Assembly (NCBI GenBank): GCA_003427395.1
Contig: BFEA01000039.1
Location: forward strand, 730,129 to 783,580
Length of the DNA: 53,452 nucleotides
Direction of reading: 5' to 3'
Origin: Chara braunii
Lineage: Eukaryota > Plantae > Charophyceae
Shown here: positions 28,354 through 40,203 of the stretch, piece after piece
Position numbering within the stretch: the first letter of the stretch is position 1
How the letters are laid out: each line of letters starts with the position of its first letter
Notes under the pieces: model-generated
Databases searched by the model: none
Seen by the model: only the letters and a program-made list of their open reading frames with translations
Told to the model about the DNA's origin: nothing
Program-made: the position numbers and the translations under genes

Positions 28354-28534
28354 CCCAAGTCGGTTTGCTATGATGTTTGATGTATTCATGCATAAGGGAC
28401 GCTGGACCCGTTTTCCAGCAGGTGACGCTCCCCACCAATAGACGGAGCCTCTCCCCGGGTGCTAGTGGTGGCTGCTCTTACCAGCATCACTAACACTGGC
28501 AGGGGCATGTTTAAAAAAAAAAAAAAAAAAAAAA
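28354..28534 (+). mobile_element. Short retroposed insertion (LINE 3'-end module + poly(A))
   Basis: Hairpin-pseudoknot-hairpin at 28401-28496, poly(A), and an 18-bp TSD AGAC(C/G)TGCTCCTCTCACT at 28336-28353 and 28535-28552. Confidence 0.85.
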
Positions 28535-28608
28535 AGACGTGCTCCTCTCACTACTCAAGACCTGGCACAAAATCCTGTTTCCAACCTCAAAGGGGGAAAA
28601 GGGACCTG

Positions 28609-29070
28609 GGGCCTCGCTGCACTACTCTAGACTCTCGAAGTTTTGAGAGTGGGTCTTCGCTGCACTTACTCTCGATTGGGAAACTCTCAAAACCCGCTGC
28701 ACTTACTCTCGATTGGGAAGCTCTCAAAACCCGATCGAGAACTGTCAGAAGCCACGCTATAATGTCACTCTCGAAATGTCGTCTCCCGCCTGCAAAAACC
28801 GAATTTGCAAGTGTCCTCGGGAGTTGCCCGCCGACAGGCTCATTTTTCGAGAGTGGACCTCCTGTCCTGGCGGCCAGACTTTGTCCCGTAGCGCAGTGGT
28901 GCAGCTCTTCTGTCGAGTCGGACGACGCCCAGGGTTTCGAGAGTTCATCTAGTGTAACAGGTTCTAGAGTAAGTGCAGCGAAGGCGGGTATTTCGAGAGT
29001 CTCGCCTCTCTGACAATGCTAGTCGAACTCTCGAAATATTTCGAGAGTCTAGAGTAGTGCAGCGAGGCCC
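28609..29070. mobile_element. PIF/Harbinger-like MITE, CTG TSD
   Basis: Perfect ~31-bp TIR GGGCCTCGCTGCACTACTCTAGACTCTCGAA, CTG on both sides, empty site GGGACCTGCTCTC at ~24120, internal ACTCTCGA subrepeats. Confidence 0.9.
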
Positions 29071-31541
29071 CTGCTCTCTCTACTCAAGACCTGGCACAAA
29101 AATCCAGCAAACAGGTATTGGCCAGTACAAGAACATTTTTTTTACTTAAAATTCCTTTTTAGTACAGTTAGCCATTTGGACGGCATAAGGCAGCCACTCT
29201 CTGTGACAATGGGCCTCACTCCACTACTCTCCACATGTGCAAAACGAGAGTGAATCTTCCGCTAGCACATGGAAAAATTACACCGCCATGATTTTTTTTA
29301 TTTTTTATTTTTTTCGGATTTTTTTTTTAAAAGGGCGACGGCCTTGAGACATTATCATTGAGCTGACCGGCCCCAAGCAATTCATTAGTAGTTGGCTTTA
29401 CTCGTCACGTTCCATCATCTGGATTCGGACACAGGTCTGTATCTCAACAGTTCATGGGTGTACCCACTGAGCCAGGCTCTTGGGTGATTTTTTGTCTTTT
29501 GCGTATGCATGTCGATAGTAGAGTGTCAAAAAAAAAAAAAAAAAAACAGTGGATCCAAGCCCTACGGCCAGCTGATTTCTCTGGGGCCCCATTCTAAGAA
29601 CCCACATCCATATTTTTGGTGGAATCTACATACACATGTTCACATTCCACACACGTCACACCTGCCTTTTTTTTTTTTACTTGCGGCCGGTCATTTCCTT
29701 TTTCTATTTAAATTGTTGGTTAGGCACATATATCCCGCGTCAGACAGTCACACGGATTTTTCCGGCATATGGGTACGCCGGCCGGGTTAACTCATCACTC
29801 GCGGAATAATGTATACTTAACCAGTTGCAGTCTTTGGGTTTAACAAAGACATGACTTCACCAGAAGCTCCGCACTGATTTTATACTGTCGAGGATGCAGG
29901 CATGCGGAGTGATCTCCGCCAAGGGAAAGTTATGGGTCCGTTCTTGCTCTGCCGTGAGATGGTGTCGAGCTATATGGATACTGGGCATCTTTCCCTCGTC
30001 TTTGTTTTTTGAAATCTTGAAAGTAAGCTACATTCTTTCTTCACTCAATTTCACCTTAGCACATACTCACACAAGGACTTTCCAAAATGCATCAGACCAC
30101 AATTTCAGCCACACCTGTATGCATCGGGCCACAATTTCATCCAGAAATAAGTAAAATAGTCCTAGTGTGAGTATGCCCTCACACTACCTACCTACCACTA
30201 CTCTAATAGGCATAGGTGGAAGTGGAACCCCGTAGCACCCAGAAACCGTGTTCAATTTTTTATTTTTTCCTTTCCCTCTCCGTGCCTGTGGTGTTGAGAA
30301 ATGCCGTTGGTCCCCCCGAGTGGCATTGAGCAGAGACTGCTGATGTTCATAGGGGGAGGGGACCCGAGGGGGAGGCACAGTGACTGGCCCATCGAAGAAG
30401 CTCGGTCCTGATGCTACCGGCTGACCCCTGGCCGGTACCGCCCACCTGCTGTAGCAGGTATCGCACCTGCTGGTGGGTGCTGCTCGGGCATGTTCCCTCG
30501 TTGGAGGCTTGAGCACGGACGTGGCTGGGTTCCCCGTAATACTATAATGACAATTAAAAAAAAGCCTGAAAGGCCGTCCTGTCCAGATTCAAAAGGTAAT
30601 TAAATTGGTTGGTAAAAAAAAAGGAGATGGTGTCGAGCTTCCTTTTTTATTTTGAATTTTCTCAGGTTCCACTTTGCTTCTCAATCCTGCGCGTGCATGA
30701 ACCTGGTCAGTTTTATTCCCTGCCGTGGGGACGAATTTCGAGAAGCAATGGGGTCAGGCACCCCCTTGGGGGGATAGGGACCAAAGTCCTTCTAGCCGAG
30801 TTAAGTTTGCTAAACTCCTGAACCTGGATGTGTTTGTGGAGATGTGCAGTTGACAAAACTCAACGCCATTTTCTGCACACCTCAACAAACACGTCCAGAT
30901 TCATGGTCTGAAATGGCTTATGCAGCATTAGGCAGTGCACCCCCGTGTCGTCTAAGGCGGACAGAGTTTCTGTTAATTTTACCTATAAGTCTTTTCTGTT
31001 GATTTGGTGGTCCATTTGGGGTCCGTTTTGGGCCATACATTGGCCGCAGGCCGTTGTCGTTAACGGCCCGCAACTTCCGCCCTTCGGGGTACCAGACCTC
31101 AATGGCTGGAAGCGCCAGCCAAAACAAAGTCGAAACGGGGCCGCGGCGGTTCGGGAAAACTTGGCATGCCGACTGGCTCGGCATCGATAGCTGGGCCAAG
31201 TACTGGTGGTTTAACAGTGTTTCTGTTGATTTTGTAGTAGATCAGGTCTTGTTGGGATCCAGTTAGCTTTGTTGATTGCGGAATGTGGTGTTGGGCCTGT
31301 AGGGGCGGGTCTCTGTGGCCCCATGAGGGCAAGACCAGCTGTGGCGGACCCACCAGGTGTGGTGCTCCGCCTGGGATAGAGATGGAGATGGAGGATGAAG
31401 GGGGAGGGAGATGGCACAGCACAGCTCCCGCGCTAGACTCCAACGCACGTACTCCAAACTGTGCGAATCTAGCTACCATGTACTTCCTTACCAACTGGTT
31501 ATCTCGAAGGTAAGGCACCAAGCATGCCACAGGCACAGATC

Positions 31542-31614
31542 TGGTGGCAATTGGAATTGAACCCACAACCTCCAGAATGCCGCTTGGGTGTCTTACCAAC
31601 TGAGCTACAACCAC
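31542..31614 (-). mobile_element. tRNA-derived SINE head or tRNA pseudogene
   Basis: Minus strand GTGGTTGTAGCTCAGTTGGTAAGAC...GGGTTCAATTCCAATTGCCACCA has A and B boxes over 73 nt, but the anticodon arm does not pair well. Confidence 0.7.
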
Positions 31615-32074
31615 TTGGCACATACACGATTTCACCACACACCAGCCTCTCTTCTGTGACCTTGGAAGTGATCTTCCCGAACCTAGATCCCTGAAGGAGA
31701 AGATCCTCCGCACTTCTGGCGTTGCTGGGCTTGACAAGGGTTCCTGCGTGTCAAGCCCTCAATCCCAGGGGTTCTCTCACCGCCGCTGGGATAGTGGGCT
31801 TGCAAAAAAAAAAAAAGAAAAAAAAAAAGAGGGCTCTTATTTGGAAAAAAAAACAAAAAACAAAAAAAAAAACAAGGGTGATTGAAGCAAGACATTCTCT
31901 CACTTTTGGAGATAGGATCTGCACAAGCATTGTGTGTCGTCTTTCTTCGGCTTCCCTCCTCTATTCCTCTTGAGCTTGCTGCTGTTCTCAACTGCAGTTA
32001 CTGCATGCCTCCTCCCATACCGCTCCCTCCCATAAACTTTTGCATCCTTCCCTGCCGAAATCGCCTCAAAGTCT

Positions 32075-32490
32075 GGATCATCCATCCTTTTTTTCTCTGG
32101 TCGCCTCTTCCTCTTCCGCCTTGCGCACTCCCACGTCCTCCTATTCTTCATCTGCCTGTTTCATCACCTACACTCTCCCCTCCCTTGCCTTGCTCACACT
32201 CTCACTTGCTTTTCCCTCTCTCCCTCTTGACCTCCTGTTCTCTGTCCTCTCTCATGCGCCTACTGCGTGTATTGCCACTGCAATCACCCACTGCAAGTTG
32301 TTTTTGCATCTTTCTCTGCCGAATTGCCTGGGTCATCCATCCTCTTTTCTCTGGTCTCCTCTTCCTCTTCTGCCTTGCGCACAGCTCCCACGTCCTCCTA
32401 CTCTTCGTCTGCCTGTTTCCTCACCTACCCTCTCCCCTCCCTTGCCTTGCTCTCACGCTCTCACTTGCCTTTCCTCTTCTCTGTCCGTCT
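32075..32490. repeat. Direct tandem duplication (~250-bp period), pyrimidine-rich
   Basis: TCATCCATCCT...CTCACTTGC...TTCC block present twice. Confidence 0.75.
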
Positions 32491-34739
32491 GGCCTTTCTC
32501 GTCTGCTTGATTTGTTCACATCGGCTGTTTACTTCCCAGTTCCTTCTGCTATCGGTGCACTCTTCTCGTTCCCACGGTTGTCGCCTACCCTTACTCCGCT
32601 CGCAGCCTCTACAGCCCTCAGAATTGCCTGACACAGATAGTGAGTCAAACAAGGGTAGGGCGGGGTTCTGTTCAGCACTGGTGTCGTAGAGGGCGAGGAG
32701 GCTGTCCCCCTTCTGTTGTCTTCGGCCACAGTGAGTAAGGGTAGGGCAGGGGTAGGGGTGCACTGCATTTTGCCTTGGGCACCGGCCCCGCAAGGAAGTT
32801 GTTTTTAGAAAAGAAGGAAGAAACTTAATTGGCACCGATTCGGCGTGTCAAGATAGCCCCTACTGCACCCATCTCCCCCTGCTGAATTTGGATGCCACCG
32901 CTGTCTAGTCACATGGAAATGTGCCTGGTGAACGTTTTCGCAACAGCACTGAGCTCATTCCTTTCTTCCTTTTGCCTCCCCCCCCCCCCCCCCACCTCTT
33001 TTCTTTCTAAGACTTTTAGGGTGACGGCCTTGAGCTATTTACCATTTTGGCTCCATTTAGGCCAGTAATGGGTTGGTATTAGAAAAATAGAGAAGCACAG
33101 TACTGCAGGACAATTTTGCCCAACTGAAGGAGACAGCTGCAGTTGGGATGTCCCAGCTCAAACTTTGCGCGGTTCAACCACCAGTCCCCATGAAGCAGAA
33201 TGATTCAAGCCATCATGTTGTTCCACCGACCCAAAAAGATGTGGGACTACCTCCCTCCTTTTTCCGTCTTTTGCCCCCACGAAATGAGCCCGGTGGCCAA
33301 CGCTTTATTATGCAATGAAATCTTTTTTTTTTTCTCCCCGGGACCTCACAGTTCAACCCAGATAGTGCTGGAAAACTCCCCCAACTTTGACCCACCAGTC
33401 TCTTTCTCGGATATGTTGTTCTGATGTGGCTGTTAACCTGCCGCATAGTTGGGGGCTCACTGCTCAGCCTATTGGATGGAAAAGGCTGGTGGCACCAGGC
33501 AAAAAGATGCACTATTTTTGGGCACCCGCGCCCCTCTTCGTTTTTCGTCGGCACACAGTAGACATGCGGATTGCAAAAAGGGGGCTTGGACAGAGGCAGT
33601 ACAACAGCAGTTAACTCCATGTGTCAATCAAGAGAAGGGAGACAAGTATGGCAGCTCAATTCAGTTACAGCTCTTTTTGGCGTAAGCTCCGACCATTTGC
33701 GTATTGGTTAGATCGACTTAGACGTTAGCCTGGCAAATCATCAGTTGTGCGTTCTATTTCGATTGGACATGCACATGCTTTCATGCCGTAACCACCATAG
33801 AGGGTCTTTTTTTTTTTTTTTTTTTGTTGACGGGTGCGTGGCTGTTGGACATGTGGGATGAGTGTGGTTGGGTACACCAGGGCACAGAGTAATCTGTGCT
33901 TGGGTGGGTGAAGCACTCTGAAGCACTCATCTTGGGGCTTCACTTTAACCACTGAGTTAGCCCGCTTAGCCTATTGGCAAGCCATGCATTGTGTGTTTGA
34001 CTCATGGATTGGGGACAAGCACATTTGCATACAACCCCCCACTTGAAGCGGCTGGGAGGGCTTGACAACGGGGAGGTTGAAGGTTTGGCTGCCGTCGGCC
34101 CTCAACCTCCCCTGTGCATGCTGAGTTGGTGCAAGATTGGCACCCGAGGCCCACAGCCTAGTGCAATGCACATACACATACATGATATTACACAGGGACA
34201 GCCAAGGGTCTGGGAATGGAGGATCGGTCGCTCAATGAGCGTGGATGGTTGGGTGAAGGCGTAGGCAGCCCTCCTAAGGGGGGGAGATTAAAGGAAAGGT
34301 ACCCTCCTAAGGGGAAGGTAAGGGTTGGAAGGTTAACTGCCATCTGGTAGATTAGGGCGGCGTCATAACGACTAAAACAGAGCCATCAGTCGAAAGGCTC
34401 TACTATTGGAGGCTGCTCTTTACCACCACCGATAGTATCCCAGACGGGGTCATGAAAAGAAAAAGGGTGGTGTTGTAGTCCGTCCTCCTATGGGACATAT
34501 CAGAGGGAAGATTGGGGTATCCTGAGAGTCAATGGGGGACCTTAGCAAGAGAGAGAAAGGAGGTGGGGGAGGGGGGTTGCCTCTTGGAGTAGACTGGGAG
34601 GTAGATGACAGTTCATCTTCAGATGGCGGGCGAGTGACTATACACAGGTTACACATATATTATATAAGATTAGTTAGGGCTCATGCAGCTGCAAGATAAC
34701 AATCCAGTCACTCCAAGAGGGGGGGAGATAGGGGTGAAG

Positions 34740-34850
34740 GTGGACAGCTTGAGATGCTGGTAGGAGCAGTCGCCTCAAGCTATCCCGTGCTTGCTCTCCA
34801 TCTATTGGCGGGGAGCAGCACCTGCTGAGAAGCGGGCCCAGCGTCTCTTG
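34740..34850 (-). mobile_element. LINE/SINE 3'-end structural module copy
   Basis: Minus strand GCTGGG-CCCGCTT-CTCAGC-A-GGTG-CT-GCTCC-C-CGCC-AATAGAT-GGAG, then a hairpin with loop CTCCTAC. Confidence 0.75.
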
Positions 34851-35040
34851 TTACAATTATTCAATATCGCATTCATATCAAAGCCAATTGGACCCTGTAG
34901 GGGGAGTTTTCTGTGATGTCCGACCACAGGCCGGTACTGATGTGCATACTGAGATGCCTAACATTGTTGTCCGACCTTTCCCCCCTTTATCTTATTGACT
35001 GAAGCTGGTCATCTTCGTTTTTGTAGGAAAAAGGACACTC

Positions 35041-35138
35041 TTTTTTTTTTTTTGAAACGACTCTCCTTCAATGTTAGTGGTGCTGATAAGAGCAGACACC
35101 ACTACCACCTAGGAGGAGGCTCCGTCTATTGGTGGGGC
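35041..35138 (-). mobile_element. Truncated 3'-end module copy with poly(A)
   Basis: CCCCACCAATAGACGGAGCC, hairpin with loop CTCTTAT, then an A tail (T-run 35041-35053 on +). Confidence 0.75.
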
Positions 35139-35269
35139 AGACACTCAGCTCCTAAGCCTCGAGACCTTTGACCCTACAAGCAAGCTCATAGAGACATTGA
35201 GGCCTCCTTGTGATCCACTCTTTGTCCATGAAACCGTCTGCTCGGTTGGTCCTGGGTGTTACAGGGCCA

Positions 35270-35270
<1 letters not shown>

Positions 35271-35304
<34 letters not shown>

Positions 35305-35362
35305 CAACTCCATCTATTAATGGGGAGCATCACCTGCTGGAAACCGGGTCCAGCGGCCACAT
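35271..35362 (-). mobile_element. 3'-end module copy lacking the terminal hairpin, with poly(A)
   Basis: GCTGGACCCGGTTTCCAGCAGGTGATGCTCCCCATTAATAGATGGAGT followed by an A tail. Confidence 0.75.
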
Positions 35363-35702
35363 TGAAAGGGAAGATAAGAGTTGGAGATGTCGGGTAAGTG
35401 ACTGGTTACGCACAGAGAGGCAATATGCAACATATCAACAACGATAACAACAGCAGGGACATACACGCCATTTGACTCAGTAAGGCCTGCGATGTAAGCC
35501 CAAATTGAATGTGGGAGGGTGGCAGGAGGATAGAGGCAGGGTTTTTCATTCCTGGGAAGTGTACTCCAAGAATATCCCCCTGCAAAGCTAACTGTTAGTA
35601 GTACTTAGTACCAGTGCATCAGCAACCTGCCGCCTAAAAGACACGGCAGCATTTGGCATAAAACTTGTTAAAGCATGTAACTTTGGCTCGATACTAAGAT
35701 GT

Positions 35703-35840
35703 TAAGGGACGCTGGACCCGTTTTCCAGCAGGTGCATCTCCCCACCAATGGAACGGAGCCAACAACAACACGGGACGGTGGAGGGGGTGTCTGCTCCTAC
35801 GAGCAACCCCCCCCCCCCCACACCCACAGCCGATATCCCC

Positions 35841-35871
<31 letters not shown>

Positions 35872-35878
35872 AAAAAAC
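35703..35878 (+). mobile_element. 3'-end module copy with poly(A)
   Basis: AAGGGACGCTGGACCCGTTTTCCAGCAGGTG..CTCCCCACCAATGGAACGGAGC, hairpin with loop CTCCTAC, A tail. Confidence 0.75.
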
Positions 35879-36090
35879 AGAAACAATAACAGGGACGAAT
35901 ATAACAATAATAATATCAAGAGAATCGTTGCACTAGGGCGATGAACCACAGTAACTCAAGAGCTGACATAGGTTACACCTTGGCTTGGCCCATTAGTCAC
36001 GACCAATGATAGTTTGAGGAAAGTGGATGGTGCCCGCAACCAGGGTTAACGTGGATTATAGTTTTCTGTATCATCTGTTTGGGGCCTCTG

Positions 36091-36147
36091 CAGACTGTAA
36101 AGGGTTCAGCCTCCTGATGAGTCAGTGAAACTCCGATGAAACAGTTG
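36091..36147 (+). ncRNA. Type III hammerhead ribozyme, partly degenerate
   Basis: GACUGUA-AAGG guucag CCUC-CUGAUGA-GUCAG ugaaacu CCGAU-GAAACAGUU. Core intact with a GUA triplet; mismatches in stems I and II. Confidence 0.75.
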
Positions 36148-37289
36148 TCACAACCCTTCGTTTGTTGCCCTCTTCTCCCTCACTGCCTACAGTTTACCGG
36201 GCAGTTCTGTTTGACAATATAGTCGGTGAAACTGCCACGAGTCAGTCTGTCACAGCCCCTCTTTTGTTGTCCTCTTCCCCCTCTCTCCCTACAGTTTACT
36301 GAGCAGTTTTGTTTGACTATACAATATATATGTATGTATACATCGCTATCTAGAACTGCCTTCTGAACCATAGGCAGCGGGGGGAAAGAGGACAAGGAAC
36401 GAGGGGTTGTGACAGATTATTCTGATGGAGTTTCTAAATCTGCTGAGGGAGCGCTAAACTCAACCCCGAACAGACCTAAATCCAGCAACCCTGCCTGCTG
36501 TTCTCTCTCTAACGATAAAGAATGACGAAAGTCAAAGCAGACTATCACTCAGACACACCAGGCGGAAAACTCTACAGACTGTAGGTTCACACCTCGTCAT
36601 AAGCTGAAAAAAAAACAAGCAATAGCCAAAAAAGCTATGTTACCAGGGCGGACGTTCGGGACCCCCCTGGACGTCCAACTTGTCCGATCGAACAACTGGG
36701 GAGATGTCTCCCGGAGACAGTATGTCCAAACCTCCCCCCCCAAAGAAAACAAAAAAAGTTGTTTTGAAAAATTTTCTGTGGGTTCCCCCTCACATGAGGT
36801 ATATGCCAAAAACAATCTGGGTCATTTGAGCCTGTAGAAAAAAAGATAAAAACTGCCAAAGATGTCTTTGTCAATTTCAACCAAATTGGGATTAATTTCA
36901 ATCACGCACTCCCCCCCCCCCCCCNNCCCCNNCCCCCCNAAAAAAAANTNCCCCCNNGCTTTGCATTATATATTTTTTTGCTCTAAATGAGATGAAAATT
37001 GTTTTATGGGGTCACCTCATGTAGTGCAGGGCACCCCTCATTTTTTTTTTTCTCGCTTACATCCATAAAAAATGATAAAATACACTCCAGACACGTCGTT
37101 GGCACAGGAAGCACAACATGGCTGCAAAGTGACGGCTCCGAACACTCTTGTTCAATGTGAACGAAAAAACTACTGTGGGGAGCTAGCAAAGTTATGGTAT
37201 ACATCGTCATAGACAACTGGCCAATGAACCTTAGGCAGAGAGGGAGAAGAGGATAACAAATGAGTGGTTGTGACATACTGTTTCGTTGG

Positions 37290-38850
37290 AGTCCCACAGA
37301 CTGATCAAAAGGCTAAACCCTCACATGATGCACTACTAGGGATTAGCTTAGGTTTCAAAACACTTCTTTTTCCATAGGTTATCGATAACTTCAAAACATA
37401 CTTGCAAGTGCACGTCGTGCGGGCGGTTCCCTACGTGCAGCGCACGCGCCCAACCGATCCCATGCGGCGCACGACGTGTGCAGGGAACGACCTGTCACCT
37501 CACTCAGAAAAAAAAAGGCCGGGTTCGAAATGGTGCGTTTGAGGGCCCCCGCCAAAATTACAAGCGAGATGAAAAAAAAAATTACAGTACTGCCTCATCT
37601 TGCTCCTCCTCCCCTTCCTCATCCTCTATGTCTCCTCCTCCCTTCTCCTTGTCATCTCCTCCGACTCGTCCTCCTCCTGTTCGTCCTCCTCCTCCTGCTC
37701 TTCCTCATCCTCCTTGTCTCCTCCTCCTCCTCGTACTTCCTCATCTTCCATGCCTCCTCGTTTCCTTCCCTTCCTCATGTCCTCCCCTTCCTCGTGTCCT
37801 CCCCTTCCTCGCCGTCCATGTTTCCTCTTCCTCCCGCTCGTCGTCCTCCTCCTGCCCTTCCTCTTTTCCCTCCGTCCATCTCTTCTCCTCCCCCCATCTC
37901 GACTCCTCCTCCTAGTCGTCCTCGCTATCCTCGTCCTCCTCCTCATCCACATCCTCCTCCTCCTCTCCATATCCCCCTCTCCTCGCCATATCCCCATCTT
38001 CCTGTCATACGCCCGCCCGTTCCCCCTCCCAGAAAAAAGATAAAAAATAATAATAAAAATAAAAAACCTGCACGATTCTGCACAGGCACGGAACTCCGCA
38101 CGAATGTGCGGCTCGTGCGGCTGCAAGTATGCTTTAAAATAACAAACATATGAAAAGAAGGATGCACTACTAAGGCTTTCAGACATTAGCTTAGTTTCTC
38201 GGCTATTGACTAATGTTAAAGTTACAACAGTAGATGAAACATATTGGTAAAAGAAGGATGCATGGCTATTGTGTACCTACAACAAAATTTACATGAAAGA
38301 TATAATATTTCATAAGGGTAGCATCGTATTTAAGGACATCTGATACCACGGATCTTTCGATTAAAAAATAATCAAGGTAGGAAGACCTTAATAATTAAAA
38401 TAAAAGAGACATTTTGAAAGATAATAAATGAGTGGCTATAATATATTGTTTCATTGGGGTCCCACAGACTGATCATGACGCTAAACCCTCTCAGGATGCA
38501 CTGCTAAGGATTAGCTTTGGTTTCAAAACACTTCTCTTTTCCATAGGTTATCGAGAACTTTAAAATAACAAACATGTAAAAAGAAGGATGCACTACTAAG
38601 GCTTTCAAACATTAGCTTAGTTTCTCAGCTATTGACTATGTCAAGTTACAACAGTAGATGAAACATATTGGTAAAAGAAGGATGTATAGCTAAGGTTATT
38701 GTGTACCTACAACAAAATTTACATAAACAAAATAATATTTTATAAGGGTAGCATCGTATTTAAAAATATATGGCATGACCGATTTTATAGTAAAAAAACA
38801 ACCAAGGTAGGGAGACCTTAAAGGTAAAATAAAATAGACATTTTGAAAGG
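37290..38850. repeat. AT-rich tandem duplication (~390-bp unit); the first copy is interrupted by a hAT-like element
   Basis: 37290-37396 plus 38140-38420 match 38458-38850. Confidence 0.85.
37397..38131. mobile_element. Non-autonomous hAT-like DNA transposon
   Basis: TIR CATACTTGCA/TGCAAGTATG, 8-bp TSD CTT(C/T)AAAA, GTGC-rich subterminal motifs, (CCT)n interior, empty site at ~38558. Confidence 0.85.
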
Positions 38851-39607
38851 AATGCTTGTTAAAGCGTATATGGCTAGTAGAAGTGTTAAAATAGATCCTG
38901 TGAAAATGTGTATCATGTCCATATTAGAAACAACATTGTTCCATGGATCAAGGTTTAATAATTGCCTCAATCATCCTAATGATAAAAATCTACTTACAAC
39001 TTAACATCTAATTTGATATTTTTCGCAACGATGAAATAAAGGAGCTTATTCTTTGCAATAATTGTAACTGTATATGTGGTTTAAGTTTTTTGTTTGCTTT
39101 ACGGCGTGTGCGCTTGTATACAAAACATACAAGAAATGATAACACAACTGCAAAACTACTCGTGAGACTTTTTAAGTGGTATTCTAACTTCAGTAGGTGA
39201 GCCTGATGATTTTAAACCATATTATCTTTTGCAATTTGCTTGGTCATCGTCATAAGTTAAACTTTTCCCAAATAAAAATATAAAAAACATGGTTCGTCAC
39301 ATAATGACATGATAATGTTCAACGTCCTCGTTACTTCTCAATAATCTAGTAATAGACGTACAATGTTATATTAGTACCGTCCATGAAAAAAGATATATTC
39401 GAGTAGATTTTGATAGAACCTCATAGTACGTGACAAATTCAGATCATGCTTTTCGACAATGCATTGTATGTATTCTACAAGAAAAGAAAAAACAAGATTA
39501 AAAATGAAAAGTTGTGTTGTTGGGCTATGAACTCATACAAAAATAAAATGAATCCCTAAGAGAAACTTAAAACTTGTAATAACAGCTACAAAGTTGACCT
39601 CGATTAC

Positions 39608-39651
<44 letters not shown>

Positions 39652-39862
39652 TCCTTGATAAACATAACCAGTTTCAGCCTACTAGTGGGGGTGATATGAG
39701 CAGCCTCCTGTAGCAGACCTCGATTGCAACGTAATTCACTATAGTAGTAAAGCAAGTAAAACTAGTCCTTGCAGGAAACTCTCTCTCATTTTATCTCAAT
39801 TGTTTGCTTGTTTGTGTGTTTGTCTTTCTCTCCAACCTCGCAAAATATAAACAAACAAAATT

Positions 39863-40041
39863 TCAAAGCTCAGTGTGGTAGACATTGCTGCTCTTCCCCC
39901 TTGTCATTCCCATTTTTTCAGAAACAGTGTGTTTATTAGCTCCTATGTCTTGACTTGTCAATGATGAGCTCTTGACAGCGACCTCATCTCGATCATCTTC
40001 ATCTAAACCATGGTCCCGGCTTCGCACCAGCTTCTCATCAC
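39863..40041 (-). CDS. ABP1: ABP1 terminal exon (C-terminal extension ending HTEL*)
   Basis: Acceptor TGCAG|GT is phase-compatible with the upstream phase-1 donor; reads GDEKLVRSRD...SSNVYHTEL-stop, an ER-retention-like end as in ABP1 (KDEL). Confidence 0.75.
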
Positions 40042-40114
40042 CTGCATGCATGAAAGGCCAATATAGTTACTTTTCTTTTTGTCTTTTGCCATTTGCCATA
40101 TATATATAGTTACC

Positions 40115-40203
40115 TAGCTAGGCCCGGTTCCCAGCACGTGTTGCTCCCCACAAATAGATTGGAGCTTTNTTCCCATTAAAAAAAAAAAAAAAAAAAAAAA
40201 AAA
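40115..40203 (+). mobile_element. Short 3'-end module insertion in an ABP1 intron
   Basis: GCTAGGCCCGGTTCCCAGCACGTGTTGCTCCCCCACAAATAGATTGGAGC, poly(A), TSD AGTTACC. Confidence 0.75.

Larger units (their letters stand above)
26990..31215 (+). repeat. Composite repeat / segmental duplication, copy Z
   Basis: Diverged near-tandem copy of 23031-26060 with different inserts; 31030-31215 matches 1310-1387 plus 4140-4250. Confidence 0.85.

Noticed and set aside
28394-28500. 3'-end module as an HDV-like or twister ribozyme
   Set aside because: I could not fit the nested double pseudoknot or the conserved catalytic residues of either class.
31882-32689. Overlapping 140-249-aa ORFs
   Set aside because: Pyrimidine-rich tandem duplication with no recognisable motif.
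37476-38186. Pro/Ser/Leu-rich ORFs
   Set aside because: Translations of a (CCT)n tract inside a hAT-like element.
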